From the sequence record PZ452584.1: a stretch of DNA of 64,000 nt. One strand, given 5' to 3'. Below the pieces are notes generated by a model. The model worked only from the letters and a program-made list of their open reading frames with translations, searched no databases and was not told where the DNA came from. The DNA is from a phage. Below are positions 1 through 9,997 of this stretch, piece after piece (position 1 is the first letter of the stretch; every line of letters starts with the position of its first letter). Position numbers and translations under genes: made by a program.

Positions 1-1434
1 AATTCGTGCCTTTTCACCTTCACTAAATGAAGCATAACTAAAATCTTCACGACCACGGGATTTAATTGTCTCATTAAATTCTTCATCTAATGTAAACACA
101 TAATCCGCTTCCATTATTTTAAGATAATGGTTAATCTGCTTATTAAATAATGGAATGTACTTTTTAATAATAGCACCTTTAATACCAGAATCTTTGAGCA
201 TATCAGTCAAAATTCCTCGGTGGTATTTTTCCATTACTAAATTAGTTTTTGTCTTAACAATTTTATCAAGTTCTTCTTGAAGCAGTGCTATTTCATCAGC
301 ATGGTCAATAAACTCAGAAGATGCTTTTTCTATAGCTGCTTTAACTTTTTTAGCTTTATCTACCGTCGTGATTAGAGATTGCTTTTTATTGCGAATATCA
401 TTTGCCAACGACTGCTGGGTTTTAATATTATCTCGGTATTCATCAACAAGAACTTTTAAATTATCACGATGTGTTGAAAGCTGTTCAAACGAATGCGTAC
501 ATTCAGAAACTTTATCTTTAATTTTAGAAACAACTTTATCACCGGAACTTAATTGTGACAGACAGGTTGGACATAATCCGCCTTCGTGATACATATTAAT
601 GACTTTATTATACGAGTCAATTTTTGATTTAATTAAAACTGCTTCTTGACCGATTTTATTAAATGCATCAGTCGGGTCTTCATCCAAAACAATATTAACT
701 AATCTTTCATTAGCTTCTTCTATTTCCGATTTTAGCGTTCTAGCTTCTTTTGCCAAATCATCATACATATTTTGCAGACGAGTAAGATTGTCACCCGTTA
801 ATTTTTTCTGGCGTTCAACGTTATCATTATATATTTTAATTTGTTGGATAATACTATCTTTTTTAACATCAAGCACTTGGTTTTGTGAATTTAATTCACG
901 TATTAGTGCTTTATTAAGCTTATCCATTTCAGCTAATGTTCCTACCTCAAGCAGGTCTTCCACAAGCTTTCTTCGTGCAGGGGTCGACAAACCCATGAAA
1001 GGGGTATACCCTGCTGTACCAAGGACAACAATCTGCTTGAAACTGGCATATGACATTCCGATAAGCTGTTCAAATTCTGCTTGGAAATCTTTACTGCTGG
1101 CAGATTCATTAAGACGTGTACCGTTAACGGTGATTTCGAAAACGTTTGGTTTTTGTCCTCTTTTGATATAGTACTTTTTCTCATCATATTCCATCCACAG
1201 TTCAACTAAAAGTTCTTTCTTATTTGTGCTGTTTATTAATTGACCTTTCTTTACATCACGAAATGGCTTGCCAAAAAGCCCAAATGTGATGGCTTCTAAC
1301 ATAGTAGACTTACCACCGCCATTTCGTCCAGTAATAAGAGTTTTTTGAACCTTATCTAATTGAATGTCAACTCCATTTTGACCAACTGACATTATATTTT
1401 TATATTTTACTCTATTAAGTTTAAATGATTTCAT
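1..1434 (-). CDS. 46: Recombination nuclease subunit gp46 (Rad50/SbcC-like ATPase); 3' end cut by window edge
   Basis: Minus-strand ATG at 1432-1434 gives MKSFKLNRVKYKNIMSVGQNGVDIQLDKVQKTLITGRNGGGKST (Walker A); no complete ORF in this frame appears in the track, consistent with it running off the window; lies downstream of gene 47 as in T4. Confidence 0.85.
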   Translation of the reverse strand, partial: MKSFKLNRVKYKNIMSVGQNGVDIQLDKVQKTLITGRNGGGKSTMLEAITFGLFGKPFRDVKKGQLINSTNKKELLVELWMEYDEKKYYIKRGQKPNVFEITVNGTRLNESASSKDFQAEFEQLIGMSYASFKQIVVLGTAGYTPFMGLSTPARRKLVEDLLEVGTLAEMDKLNKALIRELNSQNQVLDVKKDSIIQQIKIYNDNVERQKKLTGDNLTRLQNMYDDLAKEARTLKSEIEEANERLVNIVLDEDPTDAFNKIGQEAVLIKSKIDSYNKVINMYHEGGLCPTCLSQLSSGDKVVSKIKDKVSECTHSFEQLSTHRDNLKVLVDEYRDNIKTQQSLANDIRNKKQSLITTVDKAKKVKAAIEKASSEFIDHADEIALLQEELDKIVKTKTNLVMEKYHRGILTDMLKDSGIKGAIIKKYIPLFNKQINHYLKIMEADYVFTLDEEFNETIKSRGREDFSYASFSEGEKARI

Positions 1435-1449
1435 TTTGTATCCAATTGT

Positions 1450-2304
1450 TCACAATGAAGAAAATTCTTTAACTAAAGCCTGTAATGAAGCCTCTATTGG
1501 ATATCCATTCTTAACTAACATTTTCCTAAACATCACATGTTTAGGACGATTATATGATATCCACAATTCATACAATTTATCTTTATTATCCCAATGATAG
1601 CCTTTTCGTCGAGATGCTATATGAGCTTTTCTAATCTCCGGATTTTTCCAACTAGCAGCTACTGAATTTGATATAGCTATTTTATATTCAGGTTTTGATA
1701 AAGCAGCACGAACAGCCTTTTGGTGTTTAATTTTATTTTCTTCGTTATTAAACCATTCCCTTGAAGCCATTGAAATTTTTTGTTTTGTTTTAAAATTATT
1801 TAATCTTTCTTTGTTATCTTTCCTATTTTTTGCTACTGAAAAATATTTTAATGCCCTTTCTCTAGCAGCATTTCTATTTTGCGGATTTGAATAATATTGT
1901 TGAAGCCTTTTTGATATTGTGTCACTTACATCTTGTTTTATAAAACTATATTCAGCAGCTATTAAATCAACTTCGGCTAAAGATAAATTTTTATATGTTT
2001 TTCCTGACATCATTCTATTTAAAGCATTTAGCATTTTTCCATTTTTACCTTTTGCTAATAAGAAATGTGCTTTAAAATGATTAAAATGACTTAAATTAAC
2101 TAAATTCCATGTAGATTTTAAATATTCAGGAAATATTGATTTAGGAAGCACGTGATGTGCTTCCGTTTTACCTGGAGTTTTAACAGTTGAATTCATAGAA
2201 ATAAAATTAATGTAAGACTTGGCGTCTTCTTCACTCAACGCTAATTTTTCAACTAATTCCTTTATTAAAAATTCATCATTAATGTCAAGTTTAAAATTCT
2301 TCAC
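1450..2304 (-). mobile_element. Free-standing HNH homing endonuclease gene (Mob-like), copy 1
   Basis: 284-aa ORF with GKTEAHHVLPKSIFPEY...NLVNLSHFNHFKAH (His-His...Asn...His pattern) and basic C-terminal repeats; paralog of ORF 9987-10826; first codon in the track frame is GTG overlapping the upstream stop. Confidence 0.6.
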
Positions 2305-2564
2305 AAAAGATTCCTTTTAATGTATCTTTTAGACCATTCTATCATATCATCATAATCTAAAAAGTATTCATCAAATTCAGCCATGCAAACAACGCCTTGT
2401 GCTGCTTTTGATGTGATATAAATTATTCCAACATATCTAGAATCTTCTTCGGTATAATCAATGTTTGCTATGAATTCATCATTGATGTCAAATGTCGAAA
2501 ACTTCACAGTATGCATCCTTAATACAAGATACAGCCATATCTCGTAATGATTTAGGTGTGTCAT
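2301..2564 (-). CDS. Hypothetical protein (46.x position); contains FDINDEF...EED segment resembling the N-terminus of the adjacent HNH ORF
   Basis: Track ORF; true start probably internal (MHTVKF...); 77-nt overlap with the next ORF. Confidence 0.35.
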   Translation of the reverse strand: MTHLNHYEIWLYLVLRMHTVKFSTFDINDEFIANIDYTEEDSRYVGIIYITSKAAQGVVCMAEFDEYFLDYDDMIEWSKRYIKRNLL

Positions 2565-2751
2565 TATCTAAAATGTTGAAGTTAAAAGATACAGCCCAGT
2601 CAGTGCAGACCGTAACCTTTTTAATACAATTATCTTCAACCTCTAGCGGTTCAAACCAATATTCAATAATTTCTTTATGCCCAATATCATCTTTTACTTC
2701 GCATTCAAAATGCTGACTCATCATAACATTTTTAAATTCATCAAAAGTCAT
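2488..2751 (-). CDS. Hypothetical protein (46.x position)
   Basis: Track ORF between gene 47 and the HNH ORF; possibly one gene with 2301-2564 split at a T-run. Confidence 0.35.
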   Translation of the reverse strand: MTFDEFKNVMMSQHFECEVKDDIGHKEIIEYWFEPLEVEDNCIKKVTVCTDWAVSFNFNILDNDTPKSLRDMAVSCIKDAYCEVFDI

Positions 2752-3767
2752 TGTGTTGCCTCTACATATAACTGATTTGCATATTGAATAAGTGCTTCAC
2801 GGTCAGAATCAGTGATGTCTGGAATTGCATTAATGTATTCTTCCATCAACGTCTGAAGAGATTGAACTTCAACTTCTTCACTGTCATCTGACTCGACAGA
2901 GTTATCAATCTTTGACACAACTCGTAATGAATGCACAACTTTTTCTAGTTCAGATTCGAACTTCGTCAGATTTTTGTCTACTTCAGTTACTATAACACGT
3001 ACTGATAGATTTGTAAAATCTTTATAGTCAATTTTTCCTTTAAATGGATAATGAATTCTACGATGCCAGGTAGTATTGTTTGGAATAAATTCCATTCGTT
3101 CTGTTTCTGTATCAAACATCCAGAACCCGCGAGGGTCATTCTCGTCACCTGCAGTTAGTGTCCATGGTGTCCCAATATATCTGACGTTAGCAGCCTCAGA
3201 GATAGTATGGAAGTGACCAGACCACACCTCTTTATAAGTCTTAAGGAAATCAGGTTCAAGACCATGAGATTTCATTCCTTTATAAAAATAAAATCCATTC
3301 AGTTCCCAGTGACCAACACAAAAAGAAGCAGAAGAAGTTTTTATGTGCTCGAGAATTTCACCAGTATTTTCTTCACACATCCAAGGAATTAAATCAATTA
3401 AACATCCGTCAAAATCTACTGTAGTAGGCTTATCATATACTTTAACATTAGGATATTTAGCCAAAAGCTCAGTAGAGGCATTTGGATGCATTACATTTTT
3501 GTAGTGGAGATCGTGATTTCCTACAATAGTATGTAATGTGATTCCAGCGTCATCAAGCATTTGAACTATTTCACGGGCAAACTCCATAGTTTTATGTGTG
3601 ATTGCTTTTCGCACATCAAAAATATCACCATATTGAATCCATACAGTAATTCCATTTTTCTTAGAATATTCTATCGCTTGCTTAATTCCATCAATTTGAA
3701 TACCGCGAATCCACTCATCATCAGCTTTAACGCCTAAATGCCAATCACCCGAGTTTAGTATTTTCAT
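2748..3767 (-). CDS. 47: Recombination nuclease subunit gp47 (Mre11/SbcD-like metallophosphoesterase)
   Basis: 339 aa; N-terminus MKILNSGDWHLG and GNHD motif typical of calcineurin-like nucleases; position between agt and 46. Confidence 0.9.
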   Translation of the reverse strand: MKILNSGDWHLGVKADDEWIRGIQIDGIKQAIEYSKKNGITVWIQYGDIFDVRKAITHKTMEFAREIVQMLDDAGITLHTIVGNHDLHYKNVMHPNASTELLAKYPNVKVYDKPTTVDFDGCLIDLIPWMCEENTGEILEHIKTSSASFCVGHWELNGFYFYKGMKSHGLEPDFLKTYKEVWSGHFHTISEAANVRYIGTPWTLTAGDENDPRGFWMFDTETERMEFIPNNTTWHRRIHYPFKGKIDYKDFTNLSVRVIVTEVDKNLTKFESELEKVVHSLRVVSKIDNSVESDDSEEVEVQSLQTLMEEYINAIPDITDSDREALIQYANQLYVEATQ

Positions 3768-4377
3768 GGTGTCTTTTCCATCCTAATTTAGCTGCTTTTG
3801 AAACTAGTTCTTTAATTTTTCCTTTTGTCCATTCAGGACCAGGAGGTTCATGACATAACATTTGCTTAACTCCGTTATTATACCATTTTTTACCTTTATT
3901 ATGTGATGAAGCTTTAAATTTATTTGACCTTCCTTTTACATAACCTTCTGGAATATAAGGCAAAAAGGCAGATTTTCCTGTTAATGGATCATGTGAATGT
4001 ATATTTCCTTTACAATTATGAGAACCATATAATGGATGATTTTGTCCTTTATTATCTCTTCCAAATGAACCTTTTGGAGCAGCATATGACATATTAAAGA
4101 ATAATGGATTTTTAACTGCATCATGCAATCGTTGATAATATAACTCGCATTTAATAGCTTCTTCACGCGTATCAAATTCAGCTAAAATGCATGAATCAAA
4201 TAAGTGAGGATTATCTGAAAGCTCTTTATTATAAATTTTCTTATACTTTTTAGATAAAACTGAACCATGATATCCAGCTAAATGCCTATCTAAAGACGTA
4301 GATCCAATATAAAAAGGAGGAAGTTTATCTCCACTATATATATTGTTAAATAAGTTATATATTTTTTCATATATCAA
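3745..4377 (-). mobile_element. GIY-YIG-type (Seg-like) homing endonuclease gene; start region ambiguous
   Basis: N-terminus (L)IYEKIYNLFNNIYSGDKLPPFYIGSTS...R...E...N fits GIY-YIG order; track frame begins at TTG, the nearby ATG is in another frame across an A6 run. Confidence 0.45.
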
Positions 4378-4546
4378 GAACCGTCATTGAAATGCAAAAT
4401 AAAATTATTGAAATAAACCCATCTGGTGTGCTAAAGAACCCAATCCAACATGCTTTAGTGAATAGATAAAATGCAAGAAAAAGTATCACATATCCAAGAA
4501 ATATCATTATATCAAACTCCGTATAAAGCTAAAGGGCCGAAGCCCT

Positions 4547-5749
4547 TTATTTTGTAATAATGTCAAACTGTTCTTTAAAGCAGAAGCTTGAATCTTGATG
4601 CTGATACAAAAATTCATAAGCTTTTTCACGTTCACGGTCATAAAGAGCTCGGTCAGATGACAGTTCTTTAATACGTTCAAATGTTGATTCCATGTCATTT
4701 TCATCAAACCAAACGATACCGCTATCATGTGAAATTAACGGAGTATTATCAACACGGAATTTTAAATTTTCGCCAGTAGATTTCCAAAATACCGGAATTG
4801 TTCCACATGCACCAAGCTCGAGATGAGTATATTCTAAAGAACGTTGTAGATATTTTTTATCCAACTTACTCAACTGATAACCAAAACCGGATTTACTCAT
4901 ACGTTCAAGCATTTCGCTATTTACATAACGGTCAAGAATTTGCGTTGGTAAATTAGGAGCAATTTTAATTTGGTCTACTTGATGAAGACGATAATACTCG
5001 TATGGAATTCCTTTTTCTTTAATAGGAATGAACGCTGGAGAACGTTCCAGACCTTCCATAATAGTACTTAGTCCTGCAGGTTTAAGATGTTTTTCGTGAA
5101 AATCAAACATCTGATAAAAACCTTTCCATGTAGTCGTACGACCAATCCAACGGTTGATATTCATGTTAATTTCAGAAACATCTTTCCAGTAGGTTGATCG
5201 AACCTTCGCAATATCCATAGGAGGCTGAAAGTTGTATACGGTCGGTGCTTCTTCAATGTCATCAAACAGAGAAACTGTTTCAGGATACCATTCTTTCATC
5301 AGAACTTTATTAAAATCGCCATTATCAGAATGACTAAAAATAACATCAGCTCGACGAACAGTTTCTTCTAATCCCAAATTTCGACGCAAAGAAAGAGAAG
5401 AATGGTCATGCTGATAAACTACAACACGAACCGAAGGTTTAATGTTATCAATAATTTTTTTATAGTTATTAATAGTGTCTTCTTCAACTGAAGTAGCAGG
5501 AACTGAATTGATAATTAGAATATCACAATCATTTACCAGCTTAAGTGTTTTATCGTATTCTTTTGCCAATAAAACCGGAATTGAAAATGATTTATAATCA
5601 TGTGCACAGTTACGAGTAAATGATTTATCTTTAGCATAAACCAAAGTTACTTCATGACCATTTTTAATAAACCAATCACGTTGCTCAAGAGAAAATTTAG
5701 TTACACCACAACCTTCAAGACCTCGAGCCATAAAAATACATACTTTCAT
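4547..5749 (-). CDS. agt: DNA alpha-glucosyltransferase
   Basis: 400 aa, MKVCIFMARGLEGCGVTKFSLEQRDWFIKNGHEVTLVYAKDK... recognised as T4 Agt with scattered substitutions. Confidence 0.9.
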   Translation of the reverse strand: MKVCIFMARGLEGCGVTKFSLEQRDWFIKNGHEVTLVYAKDKSFTRNCAHDYKSFSIPVLLAKEYDKTLKLVNDCDILIINSVPATSVEEDTINNYKKIIDNIKPSVRVVVYQHDHSSLSLRRNLGLEETVRRADVIFSHSDNGDFNKVLMKEWYPETVSLFDDIEEAPTVYNFQPPMDIAKVRSTYWKDVSEINMNINRWIGRTTTWKGFYQMFDFHEKHLKPAGLSTIMEGLERSPAFIPIKEKGIPYEYYRLHQVDQIKIAPNLPTQILDRYVNSEMLERMSKSGFGYQLSKLDKKYLQRSLEYTHLELGACGTIPVFWKSTGENLKFRVDNTPLISHDSGIVWFDENDMESTFERIKELSSDRALYDREREKAYEFLYQHQDSSFCFKEQFDIITK

Positions 5750-5815
5750 TTAATATCCTCTTTGTTTTGGTTTATTTTACCAAAAATTTATAAAGCAATA
5801 TAGGAGCCGAAGCTC

Positions 5816-6007
5816 CTATCCGCATAATACACCATACAAAGGCTCATTAGAGCTTCTAAATTTTATGCGCTTATATGTTATAGTTCCTTCTGCTTTAGCT
5901 TTATCATGAGACTCTTTAAAGCGTCTCATCATTTCCTCTTTAGAGGAACGAATTTTATTATAATCTATTTCAGAAGTCTGGTGTTCATCTTTCACAGTTG
6001 CCACCAT
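5816..6007 (-). CDS. Hypothetical small protein
   Basis: Track ORF, same strand and compact spacing as flanking early genes. Confidence 0.3.
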   Translation of the reverse strand: MVATVKDEHQTSEIDYNKIRSSKEEMMRRFKESHDKAKAEGTITYKRIKFRSSNEPLYGVLCG

Positions 6008-6198
6008 TTTTTGACTTGATAAGAATCAACCCACACTTTCATATTAGGGTCTGCTCTTACAATAGGAGGATTAACTTCTTTAATTGAACTATCATGGTAT
6101 TCTTTTTCAGAAATTTTCACACAAAGATGACCATTCAAAGATTCAGTAAATCCTGCATTAATTTTAAGACGCTTGAATTTTACGTGTGTAAGCATCAA
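5992..6198 (-). CDS. Hypothetical small protein
   Basis: Track ORF in agt-55 interval. Confidence 0.3.
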   Translation of the reverse strand: MMLTHVKFKRLKINAGFTESLNGHLCVKISEKEYHDSSIKEVNPPIVRADPNMKVWVDSYQVKKWWQL

Positions 6199-6481
6199 TC
6201 ATATCCTCAATTTGCGATCTAGTAGTCTTCCAAAGAATACTAATGAGTTCATCGTTATATGGCTGTTTTAGAATATCCCGACTTTTCTTGATAGCATATT
6301 CGTATTGAGCAAAATTATTATTTTCAGCTGCGATCTGAGCGTGCTTATAAAGACGATTCAGTTCGCGTTTGTTTTTAGACAATAACTTGTTTGCTTTTCT
6401 TTCTGCTTCAAGACGGTTCTTTTCTTCAATAGAAGAAATAAGCTTTTCCACTTCATCATTAATTTCGGGTTTATCAGTCAT
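6164..6481 (-). CDS. Hypothetical protein
   Basis: 105-aa ORF, charged helical composition. Confidence 0.4.
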   Translation of the reverse strand: MTDKPEINDEVEKLISSIEEKNRLEAERKANKLLSKNKRELNRLYKHAQIAAENNNFAQYEYAIKKSRDILKQPYNDELISILWKTTRSQIEDMIDAYTRKIQAS

Positions 6482-6482
6482 A

Positions 6483-6701
6483 TTATTTCTCTAATATAAA
6501 ATAAAAATCATCATCTGTTAAATGATACCGATAGTTTAATTCTACACCATTAGATTTAAAAGCGGTATCATACGGATTTTCTGGATCAATATCAATGTCA
6601 AGAGCTAAAACTTCCCTGAGATACATTTTAAGTAAATAGGGAATAGCTTCAACTTCAGGTATTTCTTCCAAGAATCCGGAGAGGTTAATCGTTAGCCTCA
6701 T
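6483..6701 (-). CDS. Hypothetical small protein
   Basis: Track ORF directly downstream of gene 55. Confidence 0.35.
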
Positions 6702-7242
6702 ATAAAAAATCCAAACTAGGAGAATCGTCTACAACACTTTTCTTTTCAGCCCCCGGTGTTCTATAGGTTGATTCTTCGTAATGCGTCATTTTATCGTAGA
6801 TGTCTTGAATAAAAGTTTCATCTACTAACGCAACCATATCGTCGTCACGGCTGTCATAGACATTGTGAACGAAGTAACTATATTTCTTTGCAACTTCCTT
6901 ACGTTCTTTTTTAATACGTTGGACGAATGCATTAAAACAAGCTTGAGTTATATACGCATGTGGGTTTTTATATTTCGTTTCATCAAAATTATGAAGCCCC
7001 TTAATAGAAGCTTCTATACCATCTGCAATCATTTCTTGTTTCCAAGACTGGGTGTATCCTGAAAAGTTGAAACGTTTAGATAAGCCTTCTGCAATAAGCA
7101 TAATGGCTAATCCAATAGTATCATTCTGACGAACTACTTTATTTGGGTCTTTATTATTTGCTAATTCTGTTTTCCAATCAATAATAGCTTGTAAAAGCTC
7201 TTTATTGTTTACGTAATTATATTTAGGCTTAGTTTCTGACAT
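6685..7242 (-). CDS. 55: Late-transcription sigma factor gp55
   Basis: [24 protein letters not shown]... recognised as T4 gp55; start set at the Met giving 185 aa (track ORF extends 2 codons upstream to 7248). Confidence 0.9.
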
Positions 7243-7324
7243 TTTCACCTCTTAGCTCAATTCATAGATCTATTATATCATAATATTTGAAGATCTATCT
7301 TAAAGCACAGAGGATGAATCAATT

Positions 7325-7540
7325 TCAAGCATTCATCAGCTTAGCTGCTCCAAGAGCTGCATCTAGTGAATCAAATTGGTCAACATATTCAATCAATTCG
7401 CCGTAATTAGCATATAACCACCATTGGCTAAATTCATACTCAAGGATGAATCCGTTTCCTTCAATTTGAGTTAAACCAATGCCATTTGTATTTACTTCAT
7501 ATCCAGCAAGACGCAAATCGTTAATAAGAGCTTCGTTCAT
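7325..7540 (-). CDS. Hypothetical small protein (55.x region)
   Basis: Track ORF. Confidence 0.35.
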   Translation of the reverse strand: MNEALINDLRLAGYEVNTNGIGLTQIEGNGFILEYEFSQWWLYANYGELIEYVDQFDSLDAALGAAKLMNA

Positions 7541-7542
7541 AA

Positions 7543-7869
7543 TTATACCTTAGTAATTTTCAGGTCTGCAAATTTTTTCTTGCGTTGATTTTTCATGCGA
7601 CGAATAGTTTTATCGGAAATTTCATGCTTTTGATAAGCTTTAGATTCTACACCAAAAGCTTTAACATCAAATTCTGACAAGATATATTGAACCAACAATT
7701 CACGGACAGTATTGCGTCCAATCTTCTGATCATTCTGTTTCATCGTCTGATGAAGCTCTTTTTCCCATTTATCCAAAATTTGAGGAGTTACAATATCGCC
7801 TTTTTCTAGCAAAGAAACTACTTTATCATATGCGTAAGAATTAATGACGTTTTTAATTTGAATAGTCAT
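7543..7869 (-). CDS. Hypothetical protein (55.x region)
   Basis: 108-aa ORF abutting neighbours. Confidence 0.4.
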   Translation of the reverse strand: MTIQIKNVINSYAYDKVVSLLEKGDIVTPQILDKWEKELHQTMKQNDQKIGRNTVRELLVQYILSEFDVKAFGVESKAYQKHEISDKTIRRMKNQRKKKFADLKITKV

Positions 7870-7920
7870 ACATTATCCTCAATTACGTTAAAATTTTATT
7901 ATCCAAAAGGGCCGAAGCCC

Positions 7921-8121
7921 TTAGCTAAACTTTTTGGCACCCTTCCAGCCTTCGTACATCATTGCGACTGACAATGACAAAGCTCCTTCGCATGCTGCAT
8001 ACTTATTATTCCAGAACCAATTTAGAAAAACTTCATCCTCAATACCATTGTGTTTCATGTTCTGGAAAAATTTGGCGCGTTCTTCAGCAATTCGCTGCGA
8101 TAATTTAGATTCAGGATTCAT
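7921..8121 (-). CDS. Hypothetical small protein
   Basis: Track ORF. Confidence 0.3.
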   Translation of the reverse strand: MNPESKLSQRIAEERAKFFQNMKHNGIEDEVFLNWFWNNKYAACEGALSLSVAMMYEGWKGAKKFS

Positions 8122-8337
8122 TTAAATTTTCCAGTTACCGTTTTCATCAATAAATTTAATCCAGTCATTTACTGACCACTTAGTTGTATCGCCTTTTGGG
8201 GCAGAATTTAAAGTGTAGAACCCTTGCTTAAAAAGCCAGCGTTTGATATTCATATTTTCCTCAGCTGTAACGATAACACTCGTTTGATTTACGTTTAGCA
8301 ACTCGTTGAGAAGTATTATAATCAAAATCATCATCAA
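8122..8337 (-). CDS. Hypothetical small protein
   Basis: Track ORF. Confidence 0.3.
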   Translation of the reverse strand: MMMILIIILLNELLNVNQTSVIVTAEENMNIKRWLFKQGFYTLNSAPKGDTTKWSVNDWIKFIDENGNWKI

Positions 8338-8599
8338 TGTAAACTGATTTTTTCAACTTTCTTACTTCACCGCGTAATTGACGATTTAACTCATCTTTAA
8401 CTTCTGAATCAATACCTTTCATTCTACGCCATTTATCTGAGCGAAAAATGTTTTTAACCATATCTTTATGACTTACACCATCAGGAGCTTTACGCTTTCC
8501 GAAATAGTCATAATCACGCACTTTTAAGTCTTTACGACGATACGTTTTACCCATGGAGTTTAATTTCCTTAGCAACTGAACTAAATACAGCACGGTCAC
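8261..8599 (-). CDS. Hypothetical basic protein (start probably internal)
   Basis: Track ORF; lysine/arginine-rich. Confidence 0.3.
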   Translation of the reverse strand: MTVLYLVQLLRKLNSMGKTYRRKDLKVRDYDYFGKRKAPDGVSHKDMVKNIFRSDKWRRMKGIDSEVKDELNRQLRGEVRKLKKSVYIDDDFDYNTSQRVAKRKSNECYRYS

Positions 8600-8729
8600 A
8601 AATCATCTGTTTATGTAACTTAAGTATAAGATAATAAACTTCAAAACCGTTTACATAAGTAACACGAACAACATTACCATTAATAAAATAATATTGTCCC
8701 TTTTTAATTTCTTTATCAACCACAACCAT
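8547..8729 (-). CDS. Hypothetical small protein
   Basis: Track ORF just downstream of an early promoter. Confidence 0.3.
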   Translation of the reverse strand: MVVVDKEIKKGQYYFINGNVVRVTYVNGFEVYYLILKLHKQMICDRAVFSSVAKEIKLHG

Positions 8730-8754
8730 ATCAAATCCTCAAAGGCAATTCATG

Positions 8755-8887
8755 TGTTAATAATACCACAGTTTGAACTTCTTGTAAACAACTTTGTGAA
8801 AATTATTTTAGGGAATGATAAGAAGGGAACGATAGCTTAGAATGGTAATATACAGAATGCGAGAAAGAAAGGCCCAGAGGGCCCGTC
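8755..8887 (-). promoter_or_regulatory. PeSL-like unit: terminator hairpin after nrdH followed by early promoter (-35 GTTTAC)
   Basis: Plus-strand gaaaggcccagagggcccgtc hairpin 8867-8887; gtaaacaactttgtgaaaattatttta at 8784-8810 (minus-strand GTTTAC); AT-rich -10 near 8757-8768. Confidence 0.5.
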
Positions 8888-9196
8888 TTAATCTTCTATG
8901 ATATCTCTATCATATCCAAGTGAAATGAGAGTTTCTTTGAAGTGTTTAATGTTCTTTTGTCTAGAATCATTAATGAAAATGACCGGATAACGAATGTTAA
9001 GAGATGTGAATCCAGCGCGTTTAGCAAGAGATACAATCAGCGGACGATCATACTCAATCTTACCGTTATTTGTAAGAACTTTATAGAAAGTAAAAGGAGC
9101 ATTGAGCTCCTTTAGAAGTTTTGTAACTGATTGACATCCAGGACAACGACCTACTTCATCTGGAATTCCATAGACTTCAATCTTATTTTGTTTCAC
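8888..9196 (-). CDS. nrdH: Glutaredoxin-like protein NrdH
   Basis: 102 aa with CPGC redox motif, located next to nrdG/nrdD. Confidence 0.7.
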   Translation of the reverse strand: MKQNKIEVYGIPDEVGRCPGCQSVTKLLKELNAPFTFYKVLTNNGKIEYDRPLIVSLAKRAGFTSLNIRYPVIFINDSRQKNIKHFKETLISLGYDRDIIED

Positions 9197-9198
9197 AA

Positions 9199-9411
9199 CT
9201 ATTCCTTACTAAGAGCAGCATTCAGCTTGTTAGTAATTTTATCCAGACGCTCATTGAACTCACTAGAAGATAAGCCCTTTTCTGGAGAAATCAAACTAAT
9301 TACGAAAAATATAACAATAAAAGGAATAAGGAAAATAGCTCCAACTGCCATGAACAAAAAGAATGTTACAGTTGTAAGAAAATCAGCTAAACCTTTACGA
9401 AATTTATACAT
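9199..9411 (-). CDS. Hypothetical small membrane protein
   Basis: 70 aa with one strongly hydrophobic segment. Confidence 0.4.
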   Translation of the reverse strand: MYKFRKGLADFLTTVTFFLFMAVGAIFLIPFIVIFFVISLISPEKGLSSSEFNERLDKITNKLNAALSKE

Positions 9412-9526
9412 ATTTTACCCTTAATTGATTAACCAAGCATTGATAAGCACTAAACTATATTGCGAATAAAATTCTGGACCAAAATGAAAAATCATATCAT
9501 TTATAGTATCCATAATGTAATTCAAT

Positions 9527-9997
9527 TTAATCATGTTTCCACACCCCATCGGTATTTGACCAAAGTCGCTGATTATCTGATCCTCGCCACAGCTTTTTGG
9601 TCGGAAGATTTTTCTCATACTTCCCATCAATAATAACATCAACATATTTAAGCATTTCTAGTTGTTTAATATCTTCAAACTTATATCCTGTCCACAACCA
9701 AATGCTTTTATTGGGATAAAGATTTTTTACTGTTTGAACAATGCAATGAATAACATCTCGATTGTCAGGATAAAGAGGGTCACCTCCGGTTATAGTTAAT
9801 CCTTCTATATAATCATTATTCAAACATTCAATTAATTGTTCTAGTGTTTCACCAGTGAATGGAATACCATTTCTAGCATTCCATGTTGATTTATTATAAC
9901 ACCCTTCGCATTTATGCAAACAACCTGTAACGAAAAGAACTGTCCTGCATCCAGGACCATTAACAAAGCAGCACGGGTATATTCTGTCATAATTCAT
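9527..9997 (-). CDS. nrdG: Anaerobic ribonucleotide reductase activating protein (radical SAM)
   Basis: MNYDRIYPCCFVNGPGCRTVLFVTGCLHKCEGCYN: CxxxCxxC cluster, 156 aa. Confidence 0.9.
   Translation of the reverse strand: MNYDRIYPCCFVNGPGCRTVLFVTGCLHKCEGCYNKSTWNARNGIPFTGETLEQLIECLNNDYIEGLTITGGDPLYPDNRDVIHCIVQTVKNLYPNKSIWLWTGYKFEDIKQLEMLKYVDVIIDGKYEKNLPTKKLWRGSDNQRLWSNTDGVWKHD

Noticed and set aside
788-1205. Track ORFs 788-1171 (+) and 942-1205 (-) inside gene 46
   Set aside because: They lie within the gene 46 coding region in other frames or antisense and have low-complexity composition; the gene 46 frame is the one with the Walker A motif.
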